Shown here in pieces: positions 1 to 14,199 of a stretch of 64,000 nt of DNA (its first letter is position 1; each line of letters opens with the position of its first letter). Made by a program: the position numbers and the translations under genes. Under the pieces are notes generated by a model. The model saw only the letters and a list, made by a program, of their open reading frames with translations, did not search any database and was not told the origin of the DNA. The DNA is taken from positions 38,750,001 to 38,814,000 of the forward strand of contig NC_091999.1 of NCBI RefSeq assembly GCF_044704955.1. The letters run 5' to 3'. Source of the stretch: Pristiophorus japonicus (taxonomy: Eukaryota).

Positions 1-639
1 AAAAATGTTTTTTAATTGATTAGAACCCTAATTATGGGACGATGTGATAGAAATGTTTCAAATTATGAAAAGATAGGACAAGGGAGCGAGAAACAGACTG
101 CTTGCATTGATTGAGATATGTAGAACGTGGAACACAAAAGGTCGATCCCAACTGAGCAGCTTGGTGTTGGAGCTGGAAATGAAAATCGACCAGCTTCCAT
201 AAGGACAAGTGATCAGCGATGCCAGTTTTAGGTAATAGCTGCAAATTGCAATCCTACCTCAATATTGAAAGTCAGGGCCGAAGAATTAATCTCAGGTGTT
301 AGACACTGAATGTCAGGCACTGCGTATACCGGGCGATATATACACCTGGATATTGTAAATTGCCTCCGTCCTTAGCAACACGGGAATATAAAAATCAGAA
401 GGAACACTCGGGTGCAATTAATGACGGGCTGTAGCGAATAGGCCACCTGTTATATGCTCAGTCGTAATTTCTTCTCCTTCGATGTCAATGGGCAGATAAC
501 CGGGAGAATTGTAAAACTGTTTACTGATTCCCTCTACCATGCAAGACGAATTTCACCCATAATCATTTCAAGCAGGCACATCTTCACTTCAAGAGGTAGT
601 GTAAAGCGGCTGATAATGAACCTGCAGCTCGTTTTATGG

Positions 640-2325
640 TCGCATTTTCGCCTACCTCAGTGGCTCCGTGCAGGTTCCGATCTCGCTGCTGGCTCCAGCC
701 AGTTATGTAGATAAGATTATCCATTGATTAAGCTTGTTAAGCCCGCCCAGAGCATTGCTCGGGCGGTTTGAAGGAAGGGGGCCTGATGACGTCATTTGGA
801 GACGCTTCATCAGACGGTTTCCTGAAAGGGACCTTTTCGAAATTGAATTTAATAGTTGTGCTCTGAGAGTTCCACAGCATTGAATTGCTACAAACAGTGA
901 CACGCACTGCAGAAAGGTGCACGGCTTCACCCAGGCTCTCCTATGCAGCACAGAGAGACGTTTTCGTTACTTACTATGGGCAGGGGCGACCTCCCCAGGA
1001 AACCAAATCAATACGGTTGCACATTGCAGTGGAATCAAAGGCAGTGATATCGTCAGCAGGACCAGACTGCAGTGGTGAAAATCTTTCCATGATCTAAGTG
1101 GATCACACACTTTATTGCAAAGCCATTCTCAACCTTATCCTGTTGTGCCACTCACCACAGCCCCATCACTTCCTGCACATTCTTACGCACATCAACTTTC
1201 CTTGCACATCCACCTATCCCTCTCTATCTACATTATAACTTCTCCATCTCGCTAGCCACGCCCCATACTCACCCTCATCCTGTTGCAATTATACCAACTA
1301 ACAACACACAAGGATAGGCATGTGTGGTTTAGCCAATGATCATACAAGATTTCTTTTAATGTGCTGTCAAATATTTACACCTGTAATTTCATCACTTTGT
1401 GTTCTTGGACAGATTTATGCGCATCTTCAGATGTGATGCTATGAGCTGTGTGAATGTTGAAACATAACGGTACCCCCCCGCAATGGCAACGATTGTGAAA
1501 GCTGTGGCTTGGGCACTGTAACGACGCTGTATGATGTTCTTTTGGAGTGGTGTCAAAATGGCGCATTATGTGACAGGCAGGATGTACAGCGTCTGCTGAA
1601 GTAAATCATCGTCAGGCCATCCCTCCCGTCCTGGTCAGCAATGTGGCCGAGTTCTGATGCCCTCTCTCCTGTGCAGCATCAGTTGATTGCGGAGAAGGAT
1701 GTTGTTGTTGGTGCTGCTAGTGTTAATTGTGATTATGGTGCTGGCGCTAATCGTGATGTGATTCAGAGGAGCAAAGTGAGAAAGCTTAAATTTCCAAAGG
1801 CTAATGTAATAGATGGCAAATGACCTTGAGAGGACAGAAGTGATCTATCAATGGTGAGAGATTGTTCCAATGAGGTGAAACTTCCAATGAGAGATTGTTC
1901 CAAGGACGTGCAACGTCCACAAAGTTCAATGTGCCTCCCAAACCCAGTAAGCATGACGTTTTAATCTTGAAATGCAAACAGCTGTGAGATGGGAGTATTT
2001 ATAACATATTTGTAGCTAGCAGGTAAAGAAATGAATTCATGGTAACAGATGGCCCGATGTCCTGCTTCCCGAGCCGTGTGAATCTCATTGAAAACCTGGC
2101 AAAATGGGAAGTTCAGCTCAACATTATTTTTAATAAACTCTTAACAAGGTCACAATGACCTAAATTGCCTCGCCTGCTGCAGCGTGGCGGGTCTGTTGAG
2201 AGTTTACAGACAGGACATCTGGGAAAGTAGCATGGCGCTCGGTCCCAACCCACTGTCAATGTTTTTATTTTGATAGCTGACTCTCCACCGATCCCTTCCT
2301 CTGAGCGCTAGCAAAACTCCAGCAT
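640..2325 (+). mobile_element. Degenerate PIF/Harbinger-like DNA transposon relic with a Myb/SANT-like domain fragment (~905-1097); boundaries approximate
   Basis: Frameshifted translation SPRLSYA..QRDVF..GRPPQETKSIRLHIAVE / GSDIVSRTRLQW*KSFHDL resembles the Harbinger-associated Myb/SANT (NAIF1/MSANTD-like) pattern 'PRFS...RRT.xQCxKxFxDL'. TIRs not securely identified. Confidence 0.45.
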
Positions 2326-2804
2326 CCCAATTAGTATTTCTATTGAAGTCAATGAAATAAAATTCGGGAGAGATGTAACACGGACTGCCAACTCACTTTC
2401 ACCTTTTTCACAATGACACATATTAAAATTCTATCTAAGGTGATCTTGCTGAAAATTTGTCCTCAGATTTTCACATTTAGAATTATCCACACACAATCAT
2501 AGGTGTTAAAAAAGTGAACAAAACATTATTTAAAAAATATAATTCAGTACAATTAACAAGCCGAACATAATGCTTGCTATTTGCAATAATCGCAGAGTAC
2601 TGTGTGTATTTGAGACTCAACCACTGCAGCTTGTGTAAAAAAATACATATAAATTAAAGAATGATGGAAAACTAGGATACCACTCACGAAGTGACTTTCT
2701 AACAAACAACTGGAGATGAATATGTCACATTTTAAATTGTCAGTAACAGCTGTAAGTTCATTCAACAATCATTTACAATTTAATGATTGAGTGCAATGAC
2801 TCAC

Positions 2805-2874
2805 CCGGAACTCCAATAGCTGCGAGAATAGGATAGTAAATGGCATAAACTAGACCAGTTATCCGACCGTGCAT
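2805..2874 (-). CDS. Exon 1 of a GPR139/GPR142-like GPCR; exon 2 not found in the window
   Basis: Minus strand ATG CAC GGT...GTT CCG G|GTGAGT = MHGRITGLVYAIYYPILAAIGVP followed by a phase-1 GT donor. It has the same IYYPxLAAxGVP ending and intron phase as exon 1 at 60951-61047. Confidence 0.8.
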
Positions 2875-2950
2875 ATTCTATGAGAAGCGTTGGTCTCTGC
2901 TTGTGAGAGTCAATCAAACAGATTCTCCATGACAGGCTCAAAGGGTCCTC

Positions 2951-2957
2951 ATTTATA
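2951..2957 (-). promoter_or_regulatory. TATA box of the minus-strand GPR139-like gene
   Basis: TATAAAT on the minus strand ~80 bp upstream of the ATG, mirroring TATAAATA ~90 bp upstream of the right-hand paralog. Confidence 0.5.
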
Positions 2958-3329
2958 TGTGTTGGAAATCCACAGGTAGACAATTAGTTTTCACAATTAT
3001 TTACAGTTATTTGAACAAAAAAATTCAGCAGTTACTTTCCATTTTCATTGTGGGAGGAGGAACAATTTTGTTCGGACTCTTGGGATATGACTCCCAAGGC
3101 TCGAGATATCATGTGGCCCAGCTTAGCATCTAAAGTAATATCCCAGCAGTTTTTGCAAAACTAAGTACGGCTGACTCATATGGAATGTTCAATTCTGTGA
3201 AGCAGCAAAGGAACAACACTTCCAATGAGGCGGAACCAATCACAGCTCAAGGACATCTAGAACAGGCACGAATCAGAGCAACAGTGACAGTCACATGCTG
3301 CCGTATGTAGTTATGTAATGGAAGTTATA

Positions 3330-4730
3330 CCCACACAATGCAAGTTACACCCCAGAATATGAGACGTACCCACACAATAAAAGGTGTACTCGCACAATAC
3401 TAGGTGTACTCACAGAATACAAGATGTACAAATAAACAAAACATGTACTCACATAATAGAAAGCGTACTTTCAATATACAATTTGCAATAAAATAGTACA
3501 AGTTGCACACACACAGTACAAAGTGTACTTAGAAAATAGAAGTTGTACTTACCCATTACAAGGATCGCTCACACAATACAAGTTGTACTAATACAAAATA
3601 ATGTGTCGGTAGACAATACAAGGTGTACTCACACAATATCAGCACTACTCACACAATACAAGGTGAAATCACACAATACAATGTATCCTCACAAAATACA
3701 TGGTGTACTCACACAACACAAGATGCACAAACTGACAATGCAAGTTGCAGTCACACATTACAATGGATTCTCACACAATAGCTGATGTACTCACACAATA
3801 GAAGCTGTACTCACACAATAGATAATATATTCACACAATACAAGATGTACTCGCACAATAGAATATGTGCTAACACAATACAATGTGTACTTATACAATG
3901 TGTACTCACATGCTTTAAAGTGTACTGCCACAATACAATATATATTCACACAATACAAGATATACTCACACAATACAAGGTGTACTCACACAATACAAGA
4001 TGTACTCGCACAATACAAGATGTACTCGTTCTATAAAATGTGTACTCACATAATACAATGTGTACTCAAATATTCCAAGTTATTCTCACACAATAAAACG
4101 TGAACTGGCAGATTACGGGGTGTACCCACACAATACAAGGCGTATTCACATAATGCAAAGTGTCATCACGCAATACAAGGTGTACACTAACAATACAAGG
4201 TGTATTCACACAATACAAGGGGTAATCACCATACAAGGTGTAATCACACAATACAAGGTCTATTCACAATACAAGATGTAATCACACAATTCAAGGTGTA
4301 TTCACATAATGCAAAGTGTAATCACACAATACAAGCTGTACACTAACAATACGAGGGTAATCACAATACAAGTTGTAATCACACAATACCAGATGTAATC
4401 ACACAATACAAAGTCTATTCACATTGCAAGATGTAATCACACAATTCAAGGTGTATTCACAATACAAGGTGTAATCACACAATACAAGCTGTAATCACAC
4501 AATACAAGATGTATTCACACGATACAATGTTTACTCACATGATACAAGGCATACGCACAAAATGCGAGGTGTACTCACAAAGTGCAAAGTGCTCACAAAA
4601 TACAAAATGTACTCACGAAATACAAGGATTACTCACACAGTACAACGTGTACTTACACAATACAAGATGTACTCATGCAACTCTGATTGTCCTCGCAAAA
4701 TACAAGGTGTACACACACAATACAATGTGT
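3330..4730. repeat. 20-bp minisatellite (consensus ~CACAATACAAGGTGTACTCA), left part
   Basis: Clear 20-nt periodicity, e.g. caatacaagg tgtactcaca caatacaaga tgtactcgca. Confidence 0.9.
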
Positions 4731-7700
4731 AGAAACATAGAAACCATAGAAAATAGGTGCAGGAGCAGCCCATTCGGACCTTCGAGACTGCACCACCATT
4801 CAATATGATCAGGGCTGATAATGCAATTTCAGTACCCCATTACTGCCCTCTCTCCACACCCCCTGATCCCTTTAGCCGTAATGGTCAAATCTAACTCCCT
4901 TTTGAATATATCCAACGAACTGGACTCAAAAGCTTTCTGTGGTAGAGAATTCCATAGGTTCACGATATTCTGGGTGAAAAAGCTTCTCCTCATCACGGTC
5001 CTATTTGGCTTACCCCTTATCATTAGCATGTGACACCTGGTTCTGGACTTCCCCAATATCGGGAACAATGTTACTGCATCCGACCTGACCAATCTCGTCA
5101 GAATTTTATATACTTCGATGAGATCCCCTCTCATTCTCCTAAATTCCAGGGAATATAAGCCAATTGAATCAACCTTTCTTCATATGTCAGTCCTGCCATC
5201 CCGGGAATCAGTCCGGTTAACCTTCGCTTCACTCCCTCAAAAGCAAGAAAGTCCTTTCTCAGATTAGGAGACAAAACTGCACACAATACTCAGGGTGTGG
5301 TCTCACCAAGGCCCTGTACAACTGCAGCAAGACCGTCCTGCTCCCATACTCAAATCCTCATGCTATGAAGGCCAACATGCCATTTGTTTTCTTTACTGTC
5401 TGCTGGACATGCCTGCCTATTTTAATGACTGATGTACCATGATGCCCAGGTTTCGTTGCACCTCCCCTTTTACTAATATTTCACCATTCAGATAATAATT
5501 TGCCTTCCTATGTTTGCCACCAAAGTGGATAAGCTCACACTTCTCCATATTTTACTCAATCTGCCATGCATTTTTCCACTCACTTATCCGGCGAATTCAA
5601 CCTGCAGCCTCTTAGTATCCTCCTCACAGCTCACACTGCCACCCAGCTTAGTGTTATCTGCAAAGTTGGAGATATTACATTCAATTCCTTCGCCTAAATC
5701 ATTAATATATATTGTAAATAGTTGGGGTCCCAGCACTGAAACTTGCGGTATCCCACTACCCTTCATAATTAAACCCTTTGTCTTTCTCTACTGAATTCTA
5801 AATTTCTTCCAGTCCTCAGGTTTGCTACTTTTTCTGGCCAATTTATATGCCTCTTCCTTGGATTTAATAATATCCACAATTCCCCTTGTTAACCACGGCT
5901 GAGCCTCCATCCCCGTTTTATTTTAATGCCAGACAGGGATGTACAATTGTTGTAGTTCATCACTGTGATCTTTAAATGTCTGCCATTGCCTATCTACCAG
6001 CAACCCTTTAAGTATAATCCGCCACTCTATCCTAGCCAATTCATGTCTCATACCATGGAAGTTACCTTTCTTTAAGTTCAGGACCCTAGACTCTGGATTA
6101 ACTGTGACATTATCCTTCTTAATGAAGAATTATACCATATTATGGTCGCCCATCCCCTCGTTTGACAAGATTGCTAATTAATCCACCCTCATTACACAAG
6201 ACCCAGTCGAGGATGGACTGCTCTTTAGTTGATTCATCGACATATTGGTACAGAAAACCATCCCAAATACACTCCAGGAAATCCTCCTCCACAGTACTGC
6301 TACCAGATTGGTTACCCAGTCCATATGTAGATTTAAGTCATCAATGATAACTGCTGTACCTTTATTGCACGCATCCCTAATTTCCTGTTTCTTGCCATCC
6401 CCACGCTCACTACTACTGTTTGGTGGTCTGTACATAATTCCCGAAAACATTTTCTGACATTTGGTGTTTCGCAGCTCTATCCATATAGATTCCACATCAG
6501 TCAAGGTAATGCCTTCCTTACTATTGTGTTAATCTCCTCTTTAATCAGTAACGCTACCCCACCTGCTTTTCTTTTCTGTCTATCCTTCCTGAATATTGAA
6601 TACCAATGGATGTTGTGTTCCCAGCCTTGGTTATCCTGGAGCCATGTCTCCGAAATTCCCAATTACATTATATCCGTTAAAAGCTATCTGCGCTGTTAAT
6701 TCATCCACCTTATTATGAATGCTCCTCGCATTGAGACTCAAAGCCTTCAGGCTTGTTCTTTTAAAACTCTTTGTCCTTTTAGAATTATATTTTAATATGC
6801 CGCTTTTTGATTCCTCTGCCCTCCACTCTTACTTTTCTCCTTCCTATCTTTTGCTTCTGCAGCCTTTTTACTTCCCTCTGCCTCCCTACATAGATCCCCA
6901 TCCGCCTGCCATATTCGTTTAAACACTCGCCAACAGCACTAGCAAACACACCACCAAGGACCTCGGTCCCGGCCCTGCCCAGGTGCAGACCATCCGGTTT
7001 GTACTGGTCCCATCTCCCACAGAACCTGTTCCAATGTCCCAGGAATTTGAATACCTCCCCCTTGCCCCAGACCTCAAGCCACGTATTCATTTGAACTATC
7101 CTGCTGTTCCAACTCTGAATAGCACGTGGCACTGATTGCAATCCTGAGATTCTACCTTTGAGGCCCGACTTTTAAATTTAACTCCTAGCTCCCGAAATTC
7201 ATCTTGTAGAATGTCATCCAGTTTTTTACCTATATTGTTGGTACCTACATGCACCACGATAGTTGGCTGTTCACCCTCCCCCTCCACAATGCCCTGCACC
7301 CGCTCCAAGACACCCTTGACCCTTGCACCAGGGAGGCAACATACCACTCTGGAGTCTCGTTTGCGGCCGCAGAAACGCCTATCTCTTCCACTTATAATAG
7401 AATCTCCTCTCACTATATACCTTCCACTCTTTTTCCAGCCCACCTGCGCAGCACAGTTACCCCTGCTGCCATGAACTTAGCTACTGCTCCCTTTCCCTGA
7501 TGAGCCACCATCCTCAGCAGTATCCAAAACTGTATATCTGCCCTACCTTCCTTCCCCTGCTCTTCCTGATGGTCACCCATTCCCTATCTGTCTGTGTCAC
7601 CTTTACCTGCTGTGTGACCAACTCACTAAACATGCTATCCAAGACATCCTCAGCATCGCGGATGCTCCAGAGTGAATCCATGCACAGCTCCAGTGCCTCA

Positions 7701-8108
7701 ATGCGACCTGACAGGAGCTGCAGCTCGACACACTTCACGCACACATAGTAGCCAGTGTCCCTGACTTCCCACATACCACAGGAGGAGCAGGACACGGCTC
7801 TGGGCTCTCCTGCCATGACTTAACCTTTAGATTAACATAATTTGGCAACAATGCCAAAGGTTTCCTACTGATAAGAAAAGAAAAAAAAAAGAAAAAATGC
7901 TTACCAATCAACCAGCCAAAAACTTACCCCCTTGGCTGTGACATTACTCTTCGATTTCTTTTTAATTCTATTTTGCTTTTTGATTTTTGACGCTACAGCA
8001 GCTGTTCCTGCGACTGCTCTTCCTCCCGATCTGCTGCAGTACTTTTATCCGCCTCGATCCTCCCGCTCCCTCTAGCTCCTCCAACTGATGCTCCTCCCGA
8101 TCAGAGAG
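4731..8108 (-). mobile_element. CR1-clade LINE with both ends present but internally deleted and decayed (5'UTR, ORF1 zinc finger + SGNH esterase, EN fragment, RT C-terminus, 8-bp-repeat tail)
   Basis: ORF1 CSSCGMW..CVKC and GDSI..VHVGTNN..DGLHL. EN fragment [38 protein letters not shown]-terminus RGDLIEVYKI..WNSLP. Reverse-complement tail agaaacatagaaaccatagaaa at 4731. Jump from RT to the EN-RT linker near 5760. Confidence 0.92.
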
Positions 8109-8700
8109 CAAGGTTTACTCACGTAATACATGGTGTACTTATACAATACAAGCTGAAATTACGCAATACAAACTATTCTCACACAATACAAGGTGTACAT
8201 ACACATTACAAGGTTTACGCACACAACCCCAAGGTGTACTCACATAATAAAATATGTACACATACAGTAAAAGGGGTGCTCATACAATACAAGGTGTACA
8301 CATACAACAAAAGCTTTACTTTCACAATACAAGATGTACTTACACGATAAAACGTGTGCTCACACCATAAAAACTATACTCACACGATATAAAATGTGAA
8401 CTCACACCATAATATCAGTACTCACAATATATAAGCTGTATTTATGCAACAAAGTCAGTACTCACACAATACAAGGTGTACTCACACAATAAAAGCTTTA
8501 CTTATAAATACATGGTGCACTCCCACAATACAAGATGTAGTCACGCAACACAAGCTGTACTCATGCAACACAAGTTCTACTCACACAATATATCGTGACT
8601 TCACACAATACAATGTGTCCCCACACAAAACAACATATACGGACAAATGTCAATCTGTACTCACACAACACATTGCATACTCACCCGATACAAAGTATCA
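8109..8700. repeat. 20-bp minisatellite, right part (same array as 3330-4730, split by the CR1)
   Basis: The same cacacaatacaaggtgtact unit resumes immediately after the CR1 5' end. Confidence 0.88.
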
Positions 8701-9016
8701 TCATTGGCAGTGCGTCGAAACGAGGATGACTTGCTTCCACGCCAAAAAGAAGGATGAGTTCACAGATGTTTCAATGAAGGACCTAATATTCCATGTTCCA
8801 AACTACATCCTGACGGGTGGAAGATGCTTGTGCATGGATTTTTTTAACGTGTGCTGGCCGTTACACACCAGCCGCCACGCGGGCTTGACAGAGCTAGGTC
8901 TTATTCCAGTGGCAAGGGTTATCCTAGATGTGCTCTGCTGCACGAACCTAGTGTGCACACTTATCACTGTGTGGTCTGGCCCGCGCTGCCCAATGGCCCC
9001 GAACTCACGCCTCTGT

Positions 9017-9680
9017 AAGCTACAAGGCTACGGACTAAGAGCTGGAAAGTGGGATTAGAATGGATAGCTCTCTATCAGTCTGCACAAACACGATGGGCCT
9101 AAATGGCCTCCTTCCGTGCTGTAAATTTGTATGGTTATATAATGAGAAATAATTTACAGTTTCGGGGGTCGATAACCAGGTGTTTAAAGGCCATTCATTT
9201 CTCTCTTTCCATTTCGCTGTTAGTTAAAGATACACAGATTGATTTCCCCTCATTATGCATCTTTAGTTGTGAAACAAAAATCCTTCCTGTTAATAGAGAG
9301 CCACATTCTGCACTGGGGGAGACGGCGGGTAGCTTCAGCCTTTAAAATTCTCCTCCTCTTGTTCAAATCCCGCCATTCCTCGCCACTCCCGATCTCTGTA
9401 ACCTCCTCCAGCCCACCAACCCTCTTAATGAGGGAAAACATTTTCAGTGTCAGACGGCTCGGTAGCCAGAGGACACTTATTTAAGATGATTGGCAAATGA
9501 ACCAGATGCCACACGAGCGAAAAACATTCAGTAGCGAAATGTTATGGCCTGGAAAGCACTGCCTGTAAGGGTGGTGGAGGCAGATTCACTCTTTACGTGC
9601 AAAAGAGATAAATATTTGAGTTGCAAAGATTTGCAGGGTTATGAGGCAGAGCAGTGGAGTGGACTAATTATACAGCTTAG
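9017..9680 (+). mobile_element. Decayed CR1-like 3' fragments
   Basis: gatgggcctaaatggcctccttccgtgctgtaaa 3'-UTR motif; WKALP..VVEADS C-terminal motif. Confidence 0.6.
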
Positions 9681-9734
9681 GATGAGCAAGAGAGGAAAAA
9701 ATGTTCCAGAGAAACTAGAACTGTCTGTAGAGAA

Positions 9735-10010
9735 TGTATATCTTGGGCAGGCAGCTCAGTCCCATGGAATGCACATCCTGGGCAGGCAGCTCAGTCCCAT
9801 GGAATGCACATCCTGGGCAGGCAGCTCAGTCCCATGGAATGTACATATTGGGCAGGGAAGCTCAGTACCACGGAATGCACATCCTGGGCAGGCAGCTCAG
9901 TCCCATGGAATGCGCATCCTGGGCAGGCAGCTCAGTCCCATGGAATGTACATCCTGGTCAGGCAGCACAGTCCCATGGAATACACATACTGGGCCATGTG
10001 GGAACATCTG
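9735..10010. repeat. 35-bp minisatellite (CATCCTGGGCAGGCAGCTCAGTCCCATGGAATGCA), ~7-8 copies
   Basis: catcctg recurs at 9774, 9809 and onward. Confidence 0.9.
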
Positions 10011-10039
10011 GATGACCACGTTGCGGGAAGTGTCGCCAG

Positions 10040-12409
10040 CTCCCTAATTACCTGTAAGATGCCCTCCCCAACATCACTACTACGGTTTGGATGTCTGTAC
10101 AAAACTCCCACTAACGTGTATTGCCATTTGGTGTTCTGCAGCTCTACCCATATAGATTCCATATCATAAGGGTGCATTTTGAGCTCCGGGTTTCGCAGCT
10201 TGACCGGTTGCTAGCGTCAATGCAGTCTATCCGCGGAGCTGAGAGCTTCGAGGACACCACATTTCAGGAGGTAGTCACCCAGCAGTTTAAATTGTGCAGG
10301 CATAGAGGGAATGGAAGATCGTCAGACAGACAAGGAGGAACTGACATGTAGGACAGGAATCCCCTGAATCATTAACCGCTTTTCAGTTCTGGTTAATGAG
10401 GAGCACGATGGTTGCTCTGGGGAGTGAAGCCAGTGCCAAGTCCACGGAACCATGTTTGGCTCAGCTGCACAGAAGGGAAGGAAGAAGAGTGGAAGAGCAA
10501 TAGTGGTAGGTCACTTGATACATGGGGAATAGACAGACATAGAAACATAGAAAATAGGTGCAGGACTAGGCCATTCGGCCCTTCTAGCCTGCACCGCCAT
10601 TCAATGAGTTAATAGCTGAACATGCAACTTCAGTAACCCATTCCTGCGTTCTCGCCATACACCTTGATCCCCCTAGTAATAAGGACGTTTGGCGGCTGCA
10701 GACGTGACTCCAAGATAGTTATTGCCTCCTTGGTGCCAGGGTCAAGGTTTGTCGTTAAAAGGTTGCAGGACATTGTGAGGGAACCGGGGGGAGGGGTGTG
10801 AATAGCCAGAAGTCGTGGTCTATATTGTCAGCAATGACAAAGGTCGAAAGAGGGATGACGTCCTTCAGGCAGTTTTAAGGGAGCTGGGAAGGAGACTAAA
10901 AAACAGGACCTCAAAAGTAGTAATCGCCAGATTACTCCCAGTACCATATGCTAGTGAGTACAGAAATAGGAGGATCGAGCAGGTGAATATGTGGCTTGAG
11001 ACGATGCAGGAGGGAAGACTTTAAATTTCTGTGGTATTGCGACTGTTTCTGGGGGCGGTGGAACCTGGACAAGCCAGTCGGGTTGCACCTGAACAAAGCT
11101 GGGACCTAGTTCCTCTACAAGCTGGGGAGAGCCTCAGCTCGTTGGTGGAAACATTTTTGGACAAAATGCTGAGGGATAGGATAAATCTTCATTTGGGAAG
11201 ACACGGATTAATCAAGGACAGTCAGCATGGATTTGTTAAGGGAAAGTCGGGTCTGTCTACCGATTGACTCTCCTGTATATCCCCTCAAAAAATTTAATGA
11301 GGGCAGTGCATTTGATGTAGCGTATATGAATTCTAGCAACGATTTTGATAAAGTCCCACAAGGCAGACTGGTCACAAAATTATAAGCAATTGGGATACAA
11401 GGCAAAGTGGCAAGTTGGATCCAAAATTGGCTCAGAGTCAGGAAGCAAAGGTTAATGGTTGATGGGTGTTTTTGAGACTGGAAGGCTGTCTCCAGTGGGG
11501 AATCCATAGGGCTCACTACTAGGTCCCTTTTTTATCAATAATTTGGACTTGAATCTATAGGGTATGATTAGGAAGTATGCAGATGACACACAAATTGGCC
11601 TTGTGGTTGATAATGAAGAAGAAAGCTCTAGACTGCAGGAAGATAGCAATGGACTGATCAGGTGGGCAGAATAGTAGCAAGTGGACTTCAATCCGCGGTA
11701 GTGTGAGGTCTTGCATTTGGGGAGGGCTGACAAGGCAAGGGAATACATAATGAATCGTAGGATACTGAGAAGTGTAGATGAATAAAGAGACCTAGGATTG
11801 CATATCCACAGACCCATGAAGGTTTCAGGACAGGTAGACATTATAAATACATTAAGAGGATAACTAGAGAAAGAATGCGGCCTATTAGAGACCACAAAGG
11901 AAATCTGTGTGGAAGCAGAAGATGTGACTATCATTCTTAATCAATACCCTGCATTTGTTTTCACAAAAGAGAGGGGCGATGCAGATTTTGCAATGAGGGA
12001 GGAGTGTGAAATATTGGACGAGATAAACATAGTTAGAGAAGAAGTATTAAGGGACTTAGCAGCTTTGAAAGTGGATAAATCCCCAGGCCCAGATGAAATG
12101 TATTTCAGGCTGTTAAGAGAAGCAAAAGAGGAAATAGCAGAGGCTCTGACCATCATTTTCCAATCCGCACTGGCTACAGGTGTGGTGCCAGAGGACTGGA
12201 GGACCTCTAATGTTTAACCTTTGTTTAAAAAGGGAGCAAGGATGGATCGATTTATTAAAGGCCTGTCAGCCTAACCTCAGTGGTGGGAATTTGTTTTGGA
12301 AAAATCCTGAATGACAGGATAAATCTTCATTTGGAAAGACATGGATTAATCAGGAACAGTCCGCGCGGATTTGTTAAGGGAAGGTCATGTCTGACTAACT
12401 TGATTGAAT
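10040..12409. mobile_element. Patchwork of CR1 fragments: minus-strand EN piece ~10040-10170, plus-strand ORF1 esterase ~10170-11110 with a minus-strand 3' tail inserted ~10537-10686, plus-strand RT pieces 11130-11850 and 11860-12409
   Basis: ESIWVEL..YRHPN; RTSKVVIARLLPVP; SQHGFVKGKS; KVDKSPGPD..VPEDWR; acatagaaacatagaaaatagg tail. Confidence 0.8.
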
Positions 12410-13675
12410 CTGTCCCCTCTTCCAGGTCATCTATGTATATTGTAAACAGTTGTGGTCCCAGCACCGATCCCTGTGGCACACCACTAACCACCGGTTTCCA
12501 ACGCGAAAAGGACCCATTTATCCCGACTCTCTGCTTTCTGTTATCCAGCCAATTCTCTATCCATGCTAATACATTTCCTCTGACTCCACGTACCTTTATC
12601 TTCTGCAGTATCCTTTTGTGTGGCACCTTATCGAATGCCTTTTGGAAATCTAAATACACCACATTCATCGGTATATCTCTATCCACCATGCTCATTATAT
12701 CCTCAAAGAATTCCAGTAAATTAGTTAAACATGATTTCCCCTTCATGAATCCATGTTGCGTCTGCTTTATTGCACTATTCCTATCTAGATGTCCCGCTAT
12801 TTCTTCCTTAATGATAGCTTCAAGCATTTTCCCCACTACAGATGTTAAACTAACCGGCCTATAGTTATTTGCCTTTTGTCTGCCCCCTTTGTTAAACAGA
12901 GGCGTTACATTAGCTGCTTTCCAATCCGCTGGACCTCACCAGAGTCCAGAGAATTTTGGTAGATTATAACGAATGCATATGCTATAACTTCCGCCATGTC
13001 TTTTAATATCCTGGGATGCATTTTATCAGGACATGGGGACTTGTCTACCTTGAGTCCAATTAGCCTATCCAGCACTATCCCCGTTGTGATAGTGATTATC
13101 TCAAGGTCCTCCCTTCTCACATTCCCGTGACCAGTAATTTCTGCAATGGTTTTTGTGTCTTCCACTGAGACGACCGAAGCAAAATAATTGTTTAGGGTCT
13201 CAGCCATTTCCACATTTCCCATTATTAAATCCACCTTCTCATCGTCTGAGGGACCAACATTTACTTTAGTCATTCTTTTCCGTTTTATATATCGGTAAAA
13301 GCTTTTACTATCTGTTTTTATGTGTTGCACAAATTTACTTTCGTAATCTATCTTTCCTTTCTTTATTGCTCTCTTAATCATTCTTTGCTGTCGATTAAAA
13401 TTTTCGCAATCTTCTAGTTTCCCACTAACATTGGCCACCTTATACGCATTGGTTTTTAATTTGATACTCTCCTTTATTTCCTTGGTTATCCACGGCTGGT
13501 TATCCCTTCTCTTACCGCCCTTAATTTTCACTGGAATATATTTTTGTTGAGCATTATGAAATAGCTCCTTAAAAGTCCTCCACTGTTCCTCAATTGTGCC
13601 ACCGTTTAGTCTGCCTTTCCAGTGTACTTTAGACAACTCTGCCATCATCCCACTGTAGTCCCCTTTGTTTAAGCG
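12410..13675 (-). mobile_element. Relatively young CR1 ORF2 internal fragment, same subfamily as 44697-45910
   Basis: ORFs 12905-13648 and 12327-12836 give [33 protein letters not shown]. Nucleotide sequence is nearly colinear with 44937-45910. Confidence 0.92.
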
Positions 13676-13676
13676 A

Positions 13677-13820
13677 CTGTAATATAAATAGAGACAGGGT
13701 CTCGTGTAATGAAAATAGGGACAGGGTCTCGTGTAATATAAACAGAGACAGGGTCTAGTGCAATGTAAGCAGGGACAGGGTCGATTGTAATCTCAGCAGA
13801 GACAGGGTCTAGTGCAGTAA
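13677..13820. repeat. Short patch of the 27-bp satellite (AGAGACAGGGTCTAGTGTAATATAAAC)
   Basis: ~5 units matching the array at 16180-17050. Confidence 0.8.
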
Positions 13821-14199
13821 TACATTTTAAATATCTGGCTTGTGGTTACTGTCCGTCCTACCAGTGGTAAAGGTTTCTAACTATTTACTTGATTAAAACT
13901 CCTCATAATTTTGATCGCCACTATTAAATCTGCCTTAACATTCTCGGATATAAGGAGCACCGTCCCAGTTTCCAGCTGTTCTACTGATGCACCTCATGAA
14001 CATCCAGATGAGGAGTCGCTAAGATTTGATCCCATTTTACAACAGTGCCAGAATATCATCCCAGGCAAGATAAGAGCATTATCCCCGGGAATTAAACTGA
14101 TTGTGTAAGACTCGTCTCAGGCACTAAACTTTGGACACTCTGAACTAAATGACAACATCTACAAAATTAAGCTGTGACGTGCTAAAGCCCCGGTACAAT

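Noticed and set aside
8700-9015. Possible RTE-related or SINE fragment
   Set aside because: Looks like an interspersed repeat end, but I cannot support a family assignment from the sequence alone.
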